Shown: piece after piece, positions 55,691 through 64,000 of the stretch | Layout of the letters: the number at the start of each line of letters is the position of its first letter | How positions within the stretch are numbered: position 1 is the first letter of the stretch | DNA from: Minisyncoccota bacterium | GTDB lineage: Bacteria; Patescibacteriota; Minisyncoccia; UBA6257; JAGOQP01 | Assembly (NCBI GenBank): GCA_041674185.1 | Contig: JBAYWE010000001.1 | Span: forward strand, 893-64,892 | Reading direction: 5' to 3' | Length of the DNA: 64,000 nucleotides | Position numbers and translations under genes: made by a program | The notes under the pieces: generated by a model | Seen by the model: only the letters and a program-made list of their open reading frames with translations | What the model was told of the DNA's origin: nothing | Database searches by the model: none

Positions 55691-55723
55691 CATCGTTTTT
55701 CTTAATTATTAGCATCACCTGTT

Positions 55724-57385
55724 ATGCTTACATCTATACAAAAAACGTTAAAAACGTTTATTCGCATCCTTCTCGCTTTTTCAAAAAGAGAACGTCTTAT
55801 ATTTGGTATTTGTGTAGGAGCGCTCCTTATTTCTGGATTTTTCATAGGAACCTCAATTATACAATCCGTTACTATAGTCGTTCCTGATTCTGGGGGTGAT
55901 TACAGCGAAGGTATTGTGGGGCAAATATCATATGTAAATCCAATTCTTGCAAAAGATGGATCATCAGATAAAGATTTAATAGCGCTTCTCTTCGCAAATA
56001 CTATTGACCTTGCAGAAACAATCAAGAACAGCACCGATTTTAAAAAATGGAATATACGCATAAAAGAGGGGGCGGTGTGGCATGATAACAAACCTATTAC
56101 CAGTGATGATTTCGTATTCACCGTAGAAACCATACAAAACCCAGACACACTTTCCCCTCTATATCCAGATTGGCAACACATAACCATATCTCGAGTCAGC
56201 GAACGTGAAATAGCCTTTCAATTAGAACAACCCTATGCTTCATTTGAAACGGTCTTAGCTGAATTACGCCCCATTCCTAAACACATATTTGAATCAATCT
56301 CGCCCGCAAATATGCGTCTCTCAAAATATAACTTCGAACCAATTGGAAGTGGACCCTTCTCAATTGTGGGATCAGAAGTAGAAGATACCGGATTTGTAAG
56401 ATCATACGAAGTACAACGAAATAATCTCTACACACCCATTGGACACCTTGCGTATCTAGATACCATTACTCTTAAATTTTTTGAAGATGAGGAAGGATTG
56501 ATCGAAGCATATAATAAGGGACGTATTGATGGTATTTGCACTACAAATCCAACACTAAAAGACGCCATAACACTCCGTACACAAGAATATGCTATCCCCA
56601 GTATGAAATACTACGCAGTATTCTTAAACCAAAATTCAAGCTCATTATTACGATACCCAGAAGTACGCAAAGCACTCGCACAAGCACTTAATAAAGATAC
56701 TCTTATAGAAGAAATCTTTCATGGACAAGCAACTTCTATGAAAGGACCCCTTCCAGACGCACTTACTATTGAGCAAAGAAATAATCCCACAGGATCTCCC
56801 GAATCAACACTCTCACAGGCGGGATGGAAACAAAATGAAACTACAGGCATATGGGAAAAAGGCTCAATCTCATTATCGGCAATACTTAGTATCCCCAACA
56901 GTGAACCGCTACAAACACTCGCAAAAAAAATAGTACAACAATGGCAAGATGTAGGAATGAATATTACTATAGACGCACGTGACCCAAAGACACTTGCTGA
57001 TGAAATAATAAAAACGCGCAATTATCAAATGTTACTCTTCGGAAATATTTTACTTTCTCATCCAGATCTTTTTCATTTTTGGGATTCAAGCGAAAAATTT
57101 TATCCCGGATTAAATTATTCACTCTATGAAAATAAAGCTGTTGATGGAAGCATTACCGCTCTGAAACGCATCGGTATCCACGATACAAGACGAACACAAT
57201 ATTTAGAAAACATCGCCTCCCAAATTAATACAGACATTCCCGCAATCTTTTTGATCTCACCGTATTATACGTATATCACTAAAACATCACTTGAGGGTAT
57301 TATACAAGAAGCCATTTCTCTTCCCGACGAACGCTTTAAAAATATTACTGACTGGCATATCAAAACGAAAAGAGTATTGAAATAA
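55724..57385 (+). CDS. Solute-binding protein family 5-like (peptide/nickel ABC SBP-like), N-terminally anchored
   Basis: 553 aa, N-terminal TM anchor, size and composition of SBP_bac_5. No permease or ATPase genes adjacent. Confidence 0.45.
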   Translation: MLTSIQKTLKTFIRILLAFSKRERLIFGICVGALLISGFFIGTSIIQSVTIVVPDSGGDYSEGIVGQISYVNPILAKDGSSDKDLIALLFANTIDLAETIKNSTDFKKWNIRIKEGAVWHDNKPITSDDFVFTVETIQNPDTLSPLYPDWQHITISRVSEREIAFQLEQPYASFETVLAELRPIPKHIFESISPANMRLSKYNFEPIGSGPFSIVGSEVEDTGFVRSYEVQRNNLYTPIGHLAYLDTITLKFFEDEEGLIEAYNKGRIDGICTTNPTLKDAITLRTQEYAIPSMKYYAVFLNQNSSSLLRYPEVRKALAQALNKDTLIEEIFHGQATSMKGPLPDALTIEQRNNPTGSPESTLSQAGWKQNETTGIWEKGSISLSAILSIPNSEPLQTLAKKIVQQWQDVGMNITIDARDPKTLADEIIKTRNYQMLLFGNILLSHPDLFHFWDSSEKFYPGLNYSLYENKAVDGSITALKRIGIHDTRRTQYLENIASQINTDIPAIFLISPYYTYITKTSLEGIIQEAISLPDERFKNITDWHIKTKRVLK

Positions 57386-57632
57386 GAACTCTTACTAGAG
57401 TACACCCTTTACTTTAAATCTTAGGTATGCTATAGTACCAGTACTTTAATTCTCTTACTTTACTTAACGCATGTGAGGCGCTCGTTTACTATTTTTGCAC
57501 CCATAGATAGAACGTCTATTTACTGAACGATATCTCATATAAGACCAGAACAGCATACATGAAACTGAAGGAGCGAAATTGATAAATACCCCCCCACAAC
57601 AATACAGTTTATATACAGGAAAAACTTTGTAC

Positions 57633-57716
57633 GCCGAGGTGGCGAAATTGGTAGACGCACTAGCTTCAGATGCTAGCGACCGAAAGGTTGTGCAGGTTCA
57701 AATCCTGTCCTCGGCA
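57633..57716 (+). tRNA. tRNA-Leu (anticodon CAG), class II with long variable arm
   Basis: GCCGAGG acceptor paired with CCTCGGC. D-arm TGGCGAAATTGGTAGACGCA. Anticodon stem-loop CTAGC-TTCAGAT-GCTAG. Long variable arm CGACCGAAAGGTTGTG. T-arm CAGGTTCAAATCCTG. Discriminator A. CCA not encoded. Confidence 0.85.
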
Positions 57717-57856
57717 CAAAAAAATAAAAGAAATATAAAGTAAATAATAGTACTTATAACACGAGAATAAGTTCTGTTAGAAAATTATAAAATTGATAAA
57801 AATAAATTCGTGAATAGAGATATATTTAAATTATCTCATACACAAAAAAATACATT

Positions 57857-59692
57857 ATGGAACAAATACAAAAAACAAAAGGACGCCCAAGCGTTTCTAC
57901 GACTCGTCGTGCAGTCACATCGACGACCTCTCGTCGTACACCCACACGATCAACAGGACACAACCCACATACAGTTCATCAAGGATACTCCGCTCAACAT
58001 TCAGTGCGTAGTACTTCAAACGAACAAGAGAAGACGGTAAAATTTACTCCTTTAGGAGGATTAGAAGAGATAGGACGCAATATGTCTGTCTTTGAATATG
58101 AGAATGAAATTCTTATTGTTGATATGGGACTACAATTCCCCGAAGAAGAGACACCGGGAATAGATTTTATCATTCCCAATATCACCAGCCTTATCCCTAA
58201 AAAGAAAAATATTAAAGGAATTGTTATCACCCATGGTCACTTTGACCATATTGGGGCAATACCCTATTTGATATCAAAACTAGGAAACGATATCCCTATT
58301 TACACAGCCGCTTTTAGTAAAGCTATTATTACCAAACGACAAGATGAATTTAACAATGGAGGAAAATTACATATTATAGTCGTAAAACCGGGAGAAAAAA
58401 TTCGTATATCTGAACACTTCAACGCAGAATTTTTTGACGCCGATCATACAATCCCCGATTCACTCTCTATGGTACTACAAACGCCCGTAGGAAATATGGT
58501 GTATTGTTCTGATCTTAAAATCACGCGTGATATTGATGGAGAACCACACCACACAGATTTATATAAATATGTAGGAGAAAAAAATATCCATACCTTATTC
58601 CTCGAAAGCACAAACGCATGGAAGCCAGGAAAGTCTGTATCAGAAGAAACAGTTATAAAGAATCTAGATGATTTCTTCATACACGCAAAAGGACGTATCA
58701 TCATTGGACTCTTCTCATCTTTGATTACGCGCGTCGTAGATATATTCCGTCTTGCAGAACAACATGGACGCAAAGTAGTTCTGAGTGGATTTTCGTTAAA
58801 AAATAACGTACAAATAGCTCAAAATCTTGGATATTTAAAAGCAAAAAAAGATACTATTGTTCCTATGGAAAGTATCCATAAATATAAAGATGACAATATT
58901 CTCGTACTCAGTACAGGCGCACAGGGAGAAGCACGTGCCAGTTTAAATAAAATTGTTAGTGGAGAAAATAAAAACATTACCATTAAAAAAGGTGACACCA
59001 TCATCTTCTCCTCTTCGGTCATTCCAGGAAATGAGCGTCCCATTCAAACACTCAAGGATAATCTCACACGCCAGGGGGCCCGTGTGTATCAGACACAACA
59101 TATTGATATTCATGCAAGTGGGCATGGTCCCGCAGAAGACCTAAAATTAGTTATCCAATTAATCAAACCGAAATTCTTTGTACCGATTCATGGTATGTAT
59201 TTTATGCGCGCTGCAAATGCAGACCTCGCACAAGAAACGGGAGTTCCTGAACAAAATACACTCCTTCTCGATAACGGACAGGTACTTGCACTCACCTCAA
59301 CAAAAGCAGTTATAACTCACGAAACAGCCCTCACCTCATATGTTATGGTAGATGGTCTCGGTGTAGGAGATGTTGAAGAGGTGGTCGTACGTGACCGCGT
59401 AGCCCTTTCTCAGGAAGGAATGTTTGTGATGATTCTCACGCTTGATAGACGTACGGGACGATTCTTAAAAAATCCAGATATTATTTCCCGAGGATTTATT
59501 TATCTAAAGGAAAATAAAGATATTATAGAAGAAGTGCGTAAGAAAATTAAAGCCATTATCGGCCGCATCCCTCATTTTCAGTCAGTAGAATCAGACTACT
59601 TAAAATCAATGCTACGAGATCAAATAGGACAATATATTTATCGTATCACGAAACGTCGTCCTATGATTATTCCCGTTATTATTGAAGTCTAG
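57857..59692 (+). CDS. rnj: Ribonuclease J with ~55-aa basic Ser/Thr/Arg-rich N-terminal extension
   Basis: VKFTPLGGLEEIGRNM..., MBL motif VITHGHFDHIGAIPYL, beta-CASP motif IDIHASGHG, and a C-terminal domain. The N-terminus MEQIQKTKGRPSVSTTRRAVTSTTSRRTPTRSTGHNPHTVHQ precedes the conserved core. Confidence 0.85.
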   Translation: MEQIQKTKGRPSVSTTRRAVTSTTSRRTPTRSTGHNPHTVHQGYSAQHSVRSTSNEQEKTVKFTPLGGLEEIGRNMSVFEYENEILIVDMGLQFPEEETPGIDFIIPNITSLIPKKKNIKGIVITHGHFDHIGAIPYLISKLGNDIPIYTAAFSKAIITKRQDEFNNGGKLHIIVVKPGEKIRISEHFNAEFFDADHTIPDSLSMVLQTPVGNMVYCSDLKITRDIDGEPHHTDLYKYVGEKNIHTLFLESTNAWKPGKSVSEETVIKNLDDFFIHAKGRIIIGLFSSLITRVVDIFRLAEQHGRKVVLSGFSLKNNVQIAQNLGYLKAKKDTIVPMESIHKYKDDNILVLSTGAQGEARASLNKIVSGENKNITIKKGDTIIFSSSVIPGNERPIQTLKDNLTRQGARVYQTQHIDIHASGHGPAEDLKLVIQLIKPKFFVPIHGMYFMRAANADLAQETGVPEQNTLLLDNGQVLALTSTKAVITHETALTSYVMVDGLGVGDVEEVVVRDRVALSQEGMFVMILTLDRRTGRFLKNPDIISRGFIYLKENKDIIEEVRKKIKAIIGRIPHFQSVESDYLKSMLRDQIGQYIYRITKRRPMIIPVIIEV

Positions 59693-59698
59693 TAATCT

Positions 59699-59727
59699 AA
59701 AAAATTCCACATATGTGGAATTTTTTA
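59699..59727. terminator. Bidirectional terminator (perfect 20-bp palindrome flanked by A6/T6)
   Basis: aaaaaattccacatatgtggaatttttt, between the convergent rnj (+) and pilin (-) genes. Confidence 0.65.
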
Positions 59728-59740
59728 GATTCATAATCAA

Positions 59741-60820
59741 TTAATACATAGGACGAACAATAACATTATCCAAATAAAATTCACTGGGAATGGAGGTTGG
59801 TTGTGAAAAATAGGCCGCATTCACATTCGTAGTACCAGTAGTATCATCAACATATGTTTTCTTTTTCCAGTCGGTGCTACTGATACCAACTGAATGAAAC
59901 AACCAGCAACAAGATGTATTACTACACTCACAATTCCATCCAAATGTCTTCGTAGGAGCAGTCTTATAGTATAATTGAACAAATATTTTTTTACTCACTG
60001 GATTTAATATCGAACCAAATCCATAATAAACTCCCTCATTCAGGGTTGTACTATCAGTAATAATATGTAGCGCATACCCCCCACCAACACCATCAAAAAC
60101 CTTCTCAACAAGAAGAGGAGTACTATAATCAGACCAAGAACCCCGTCCTACTACCTCCATATCTCCATCGCGTACCAAATTTTCATTATCAAGGAACACC
60201 GTAAGATTTGATCCCACCTCATACAAATAGTCATTATTTCCTCCATCAGAAGACGGCTTCCCGGAAAAATCTTCCTTAAATCCATATTTTGAAGAGCTCA
60301 ATCGTGCATTTAATTCCCACGCATTATTCACCGTCGTATACATATAATACGAACCAGACGAGGTTGTATTAGTTGGATCAACGGGGAGCGTAGAAAGGAG
60401 TGTTCCCGCAGAAGATTGAGTTACAACGAGAGGGATCCAACCTGTACCATCGATATCTCTATAAGAATCAGGAGAATGACATTCATAATTCCACCCAAAA
60501 GGAGGAGGAAGTAATCCCAAACTCCCACACGTAGAGGTTGCATTACCGACAAGAGTGGTGTCGGGTATTGATATATAGATAACATTATTCACTCCTATAG
60601 AAGACACAGACTGTTCAAGTTGTAATAGTGAAATAGCTTTATGGAGAACAGCAAGATCAGTCATGCGTGATGAGTCTCTACTTTGTTGTAATAATTCAGA
60701 GGGATTAAGCACTACAACCACCGCTGCGGTTAGAATAGCAAGAATACCAATAACAATCAGTAATTCAATAAGAGTAAATGATTGAGTATTTCTTGTAAAC
60801 ATACACAAAATGACTTTCAA
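59741..60820 (-). CDS. Type IV pilin-like protein (prepilin-type N-terminal cleavage/methylation domain), large 359-aa form
   Basis: N-terminus ...QSFTLIELLIVIGILAILTAAVVVVL is the class III signal peptide plus N-methylation motif. Large Cys-containing C-terminal globular domain. Confidence 0.7.
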   Translation of the reverse strand: MKVILCMFTRNTQSFTLIELLIVIGILAILTAAVVVVLNPSELLQQSRDSSRMTDLAVLHKAISLLQLEQSVSSIGVNNVIYISIPDTTLVGNATSTCGSLGLLPPPFGWNYECHSPDSYRDIDGTGWIPLVVTQSSAGTLLSTLPVDPTNTTSSGSYYMYTTVNNAWELNARLSSSKYGFKEDFSGKPSSDGGNNDYLYEVGSNLTVFLDNENLVRDGDMEVVGRGSWSDYSTPLLVEKVFDGVGGGYALHIITDSTTLNEGVYYGFGSILNPVSKKIFVQLYYKTAPTKTFGWNCECSNTSCCWLFHSVGISSTDWKKKTYVDDTTGTTNVNAAYFSQPTSIPSEFYLDNVIVRPMY

Positions 60821-60825
60821 AAAAT

Positions 60826-62190
60826 CTACACAAGATCAACTACCTCCCCTGCTTTTGGGATAATAGCTTGTATTTTTAACTCTTTTATAACCACATCCTG
60901 AAGCGCCTTCTGCTCTTCACTATCTCCCTGTACCACAAACAAAGTCTTGGGTGCTGGTTGTATTGCTTGTATCCATTTTAAAAGCAGTGGTTGATCAGCG
61001 TGTGCACTATATCCCCCTAATACTTCTACCCGCGCACGCACAGAAACAACGTCTCCCATAATAGATACCTCTTGAGCACCGTCTATAATACGCCTCCCAA
61101 TAGAATGATCGGGTTGATACCCCACAAAAATAATAGTGCTTTGCGGATCAGATAAATATCGTAATTCATGATGAAGCACGCGACCTCCATTCGACATACC
61201 TGAACCAGCAATAATAATTTTAGGAGGAGGTACTGAATTTATTTTCTTCGATTCCTCTGTGGTTACCGTAAAATTCAATCCCGTAAAATCAAAAATTTCA
61301 TCTCCTGATTTTACCAGGCCGCGCGTTTCACTATCCACAAACGATGGATTATTTAAATATTTTTTATATACCGACGTCATTTTTATGGCGAGTGGACTAT
61401 CAATAAAAATAGGTACTTCAGGAATACGTTTATGTTCCACTAATTCATTTAATTCATACAATAACTCCTGAGTACGCTCCATCGCAAAAGCAGGAATTAG
61501 CACGGTACCCCCAACCGCAACAGTTTCTTGAATAATCGTGCGTAATTTTTCTTTTCGTTCTCCGATAAGAGGATGAAGCCGCCCCCCATAGGTTGATTCT
61601 ATAAGTGCATAATCAACGGCAGGAAGGTATTCAGTATCCTTTACCAAGGGCGCAGGAACATTCCCCAAATCACCAGAAAAACCAACTCGTACACCCCCAG
61701 CCTGCACAACCACAGAAGCAGATCCCAATATATGCCCCGCATCATAATACGTAACCTCAAAGGGACCAACGTGTATGGTTTGGTGATACGCTATAACATC
61801 CCATTGAGTCATCGCATCATCAATATCAGATATTTCAAACAACGGTTTTGGAGGATTAATATCTCCCTTATATTTATGCGTCATGAGTGTATACGCATCA
61901 AGCAACAATTCATATGCCTCATCTTTGGCCGGAGCCGTTGAATAAATAGATCGATGATATCCATTTTTGACCAATAAAGGAACTCGTCCAATATGGTCTA
62001 TATGTGCGTGAGTGATAAACACCGCATCAATGGTATGCACATCAAAAGGAAGTGGCTCTGCATTTTTCTGTTCTAATGTTTCATCTCCTTGAAACATCCC
62101 GCAATCAATCAAAATACGTTTCCCTTCATGTTCTAATAAATAATTCGATCCCGTGACACTTTCAGCCCCTCCTAAAAAATGTAGTTTCAT
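60826..62190 (-). CDS. MBL-fold beta-CASP family hydrolase (CPSF/RNase J-like RNA-metabolising enzyme)
   Basis: HAHIDHIGRVPLL (HxHxDH), ...YSAHADQPLLLKWIQ (beta-CASP motif C). 454 aa. Confidence 0.7.
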   Translation of the reverse strand: MKLHFLGGAESVTGSNYLLEHEGKRILIDCGMFQGDETLEQKNAEPLPFDVHTIDAVFITHAHIDHIGRVPLLVKNGYHRSIYSTAPAKDEAYELLLDAYTLMTHKYKGDINPPKPLFEISDIDDAMTQWDVIAYHQTIHVGPFEVTYYDAGHILGSASVVVQAGGVRVGFSGDLGNVPAPLVKDTEYLPAVDYALIESTYGGRLHPLIGERKEKLRTIIQETVAVGGTVLIPAFAMERTQELLYELNELVEHKRIPEVPIFIDSPLAIKMTSVYKKYLNNPSFVDSETRGLVKSGDEIFDFTGLNFTVTTEESKKINSVPPPKIIIAGSGMSNGGRVLHHELRYLSDPQSTIIFVGYQPDHSIGRRIIDGAQEVSIMGDVVSVRARVEVLGGYSAHADQPLLLKWIQAIQPAPKTLFVVQGDSEEQKALQDVVIKELKIQAIIPKAGEVVDLV

Positions 62191-62278
62191 ATGAACAAGT
62201 ATACTGTATTAGGTAGTAAGTATAAACCCCCATAACTATACATAAAAACGGAAAGGTAGAAATATGAAATTTTAATAA

Positions 62279-62310
62279 AAGCCTCAATTACCTGAGGCTT
62301 TTATTTTTTA
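62279..62310 (-). terminator. Rho-independent terminator downstream of gyrA
   Basis: gcctca-attacc-tgaggc followed by a T-rich run on both strands. Confidence 0.6.
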
Positions 62311-62342
62311 TTCGTTACAAACCACTCACAATTTGCGGCTCA

Positions 62343-64000
62343 TTACAGGCACGTACTTGAAACAATAGTATCTTTTTCTTCAACGCGCATGACACGAACC
62401 CCACTCGTGGCGCGAGAACTCTGACGAATATCAGCAAGTTTTGCACGAATTACTTGTCCTTTTGCTGAAAGCACAATCACTTCTTCTTCGTCAGCAATAA
62501 TTTTAAAGGATACAATATTTCCGGTTTTAGGAGTTATTTTTGCCGTCTTGATCCCCTGACCTCCTCGTGATTGAGTCTTGTACTCATTTATAGAGGTTTG
62601 TTTTGCAAAACCCTTTCCCATAACAACAAGGAGTAGTTGTTTCTTATCCGCATTTTGTTTCACAATATCGATACCCACCACCTCATCATTTTTTTTCAGT
62701 TTAATACCTCGTACTCCTGCGGCGGTACGTCCCATAGGACGTAATTGACTCTCTTTAAAACGAATTGCTTGTCCAAGTGCAGTAATCATAATAACCTCAT
62801 CCTTTCCTGACGAAGGCATAACCCACTTCAGAGAATCTCCTTTTTTAAGATTCAACGCGATAATGCCATTTCTGCGTACATTTTCAAAGTCTGCAATAGG
62901 TGTTTTTTTAATCACCCCATCTTTTGTTGCCATAACCAAAAACTTAATATCAGAATCTTTGGCATTATACGTCACAAACGCACGTACATTTTCTGAAGCG
63001 GGAATATCAAGGAAATTATGGATAATCTTTCCCTTGGAGGTACGTGATCCTTGTGGAATTTCATGTACTTTTGTTTGAAAAACTTTTCCCGAATCGGTAA
63101 AGAAGAGGGCATTATCATGCGTCTGTGCATTCTTCAGATGAGTAAGGAAATCGTCATCCCCCACATCAGATCCTATAAGTCCCTTTCCGCCACGGTGCTG
63201 CACCTTAAATATAGTAGGGCTAATACGCTTGATATATCCTCCCGCAGACATAGTTACTATTGCATCTTCTTGTGCAATAAGATCCTCATCAGTAAAGGTA
63301 GAAAGTCCACTATCGACAAGTTTGGTACGACGCGCATCTCCATACGATTCTTTCATATCAACTAATTCTTTTTCAACCACAAGAAGAATATTCTTTACGG
63401 AAGATAAAATACGTTCTAATTCTTTAATAAGCTTTCTTTTTTCTGCTAACTCATCATCAATCTTCTGACGTTCCAAAGAAGCAAGTGTTTGGAGACGTAT
63501 TTCCAAAATCGCAGTTGCTTGTAAATCAGAAAGTCCAAATTTCTTCTTCAAATTAGTATGCGCCTCTTCTCTATCTTTTGACTTTTTGATAGTAGTAATA
63601 ACCGCATCAATATGATCGAGGGCAGTAACCAATCCTTCCAAGATGTGTTCTCTGTCTCTTGCTTTCCCTAAATCAAATTCAGTACGACGACGAATAACTA
63701 TCTGTCTATGAGCAATATAATTTTCTAAAACATCTTTAATGGAAAGTTCTTGAGGTTGCGTACCACCCTGAACTAACCCGATCATATTCAAATTAAAGTT
63801 CTTCTGTAATTCAGTAAGCTTAAACAGTTGATTTAAGATTTTTTGAGGCGCGGCATCATTCTTTAGTTCAATCACAATAGAGAGCCCATCTTTATCACTT
63901 TCGTCACGCAAATCTTTAATACCCTCTAATTTTTTATCTGTTACCAACGCAGCAATTTTCTGAATTAACTCAGATTTATTTACTCGGTACGGAATTTCAG
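62343..64000 (-). CDS. gyrA: DNA gyrase subunit A, C-terminal portion (gene continues beyond window end)
   Basis: GyrA C-terminal beta-pinwheel repeats (QRGGKGL, GRTAAGVRGIKL, SRATSGVRVM). The reading frame stays open to position 64000, so the ORF-track M at 63947 is internal. Confidence 0.75.
   Translation of the reverse strand, partial: EIPYRVNKSELIQKIAALVTDKKLEGIKDLRDESDKDGLSIVIELKNDAAPQKILNQLFKLTELQKNFNLNMIGLVQGGTQPQELSIKDVLENYIAHRQIVIRRRTEFDLGKARDREHILEGLVTALDHIDAVITTIKKSKDREEAHTNLKKKFGLSDLQATAILEIRLQTLASLERQKIDDELAEKRKLIKELERILSSVKNILLVVEKELVDMKESYGDARRTKLVDSGLSTFTDEDLIAQEDAIVTMSAGGYIKRISPTIFKVQHRGGKGLIGSDVGDDDFLTHLKNAQTHDNALFFTDSGKVFQTKVHEIPQGSRTSKGKIIHNFLDIPASENVRAFVTYNAKDSDIKFLVMATKDGVIKKTPIADFENVRRNGIIALNLKKGDSLKWVMPSSGKDEVIMITALGQAIRFKESQLRPMGRTAAGVRGIKLKKNDEVVGIDIVKQNADKKQLLLVVMGKGFAKQTSINEYKTQSRGGQGIKTAKITPKTGNIVSFKIIADEEEVIVLSAKGQVIRAKLADIRQSSRATSGVRVMRVEEKDTIVSSTCL

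Overview
This 64-kb window looks like a low-GC, compact bacterial chromosome segment with short intergenic spacers, 4-nt ATGA gene overlaps and few Shine-Dalgarno sequences. That gene content and style suggest a small-genome uncultivated lineage such as CPR/Patescibacteria, but this is an inference from gene content and cannot be proven here.

Most genes are on the minus strand. The recognisable housekeeping genes are:
- mltG (partial), a FtsW/RodA-type SEDS protein, tsaD, mnmA and murC
- efp, secD and secF
- a type-2 ileS
- smpB followed by a tmRNA (ssrA)
- the infC-rpmI-rplT operon
- a NUDIX hydrolase and a ClpC/ClpB-like AAA+ protein
- trxB, MgtC, glutaredoxin-like and DsbA-like genes
- clpP and nusA
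- SecG-like, tRNA-Leu(CAG) and RNase J genes
- a type IV pilin, a beta-CASP MBL nuclease and gyrA (partial)

The accessory content is a ~17-kb surface-glycan locus (31.3-48.7 kb). It holds a priming phosphoglycosyltransferase, a flippase, four GT4, one GT2 and two GT9 glycosyltransferases, three FkbM methyltransferases and a Wzy_C-TPR protein. It ends next to a Thr/Ser-rich, peptidoglycan-binding surface (S-layer-like) protein.

The most unusual observations are:
1. An intact histidine-phosphatase (PGAM-like) domain of about 180 aa inserted inside ileS.
2. A 34-38-bp perfect palindrome present three times, two copies flanking a winged-HTH gene that has internal repeats.
3. Four degenerate copies of the tmRNA 3' end just downstream of ssrA. 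They look like integration scars and border a small cargo region (HhH-GPD-like and ParB-like nuclease genes).
4. A HerA/VirD4-superfamily ATPase, a single-TM protein and a sigma-region-4 HTH protein forming a three-gene cluster embedded among essential genes.
5. A membrane-anchored Hsp100 with a degenerate first ATPase domain.

All protein calls come from motif recognition in the supplied translations. No database search was possible.
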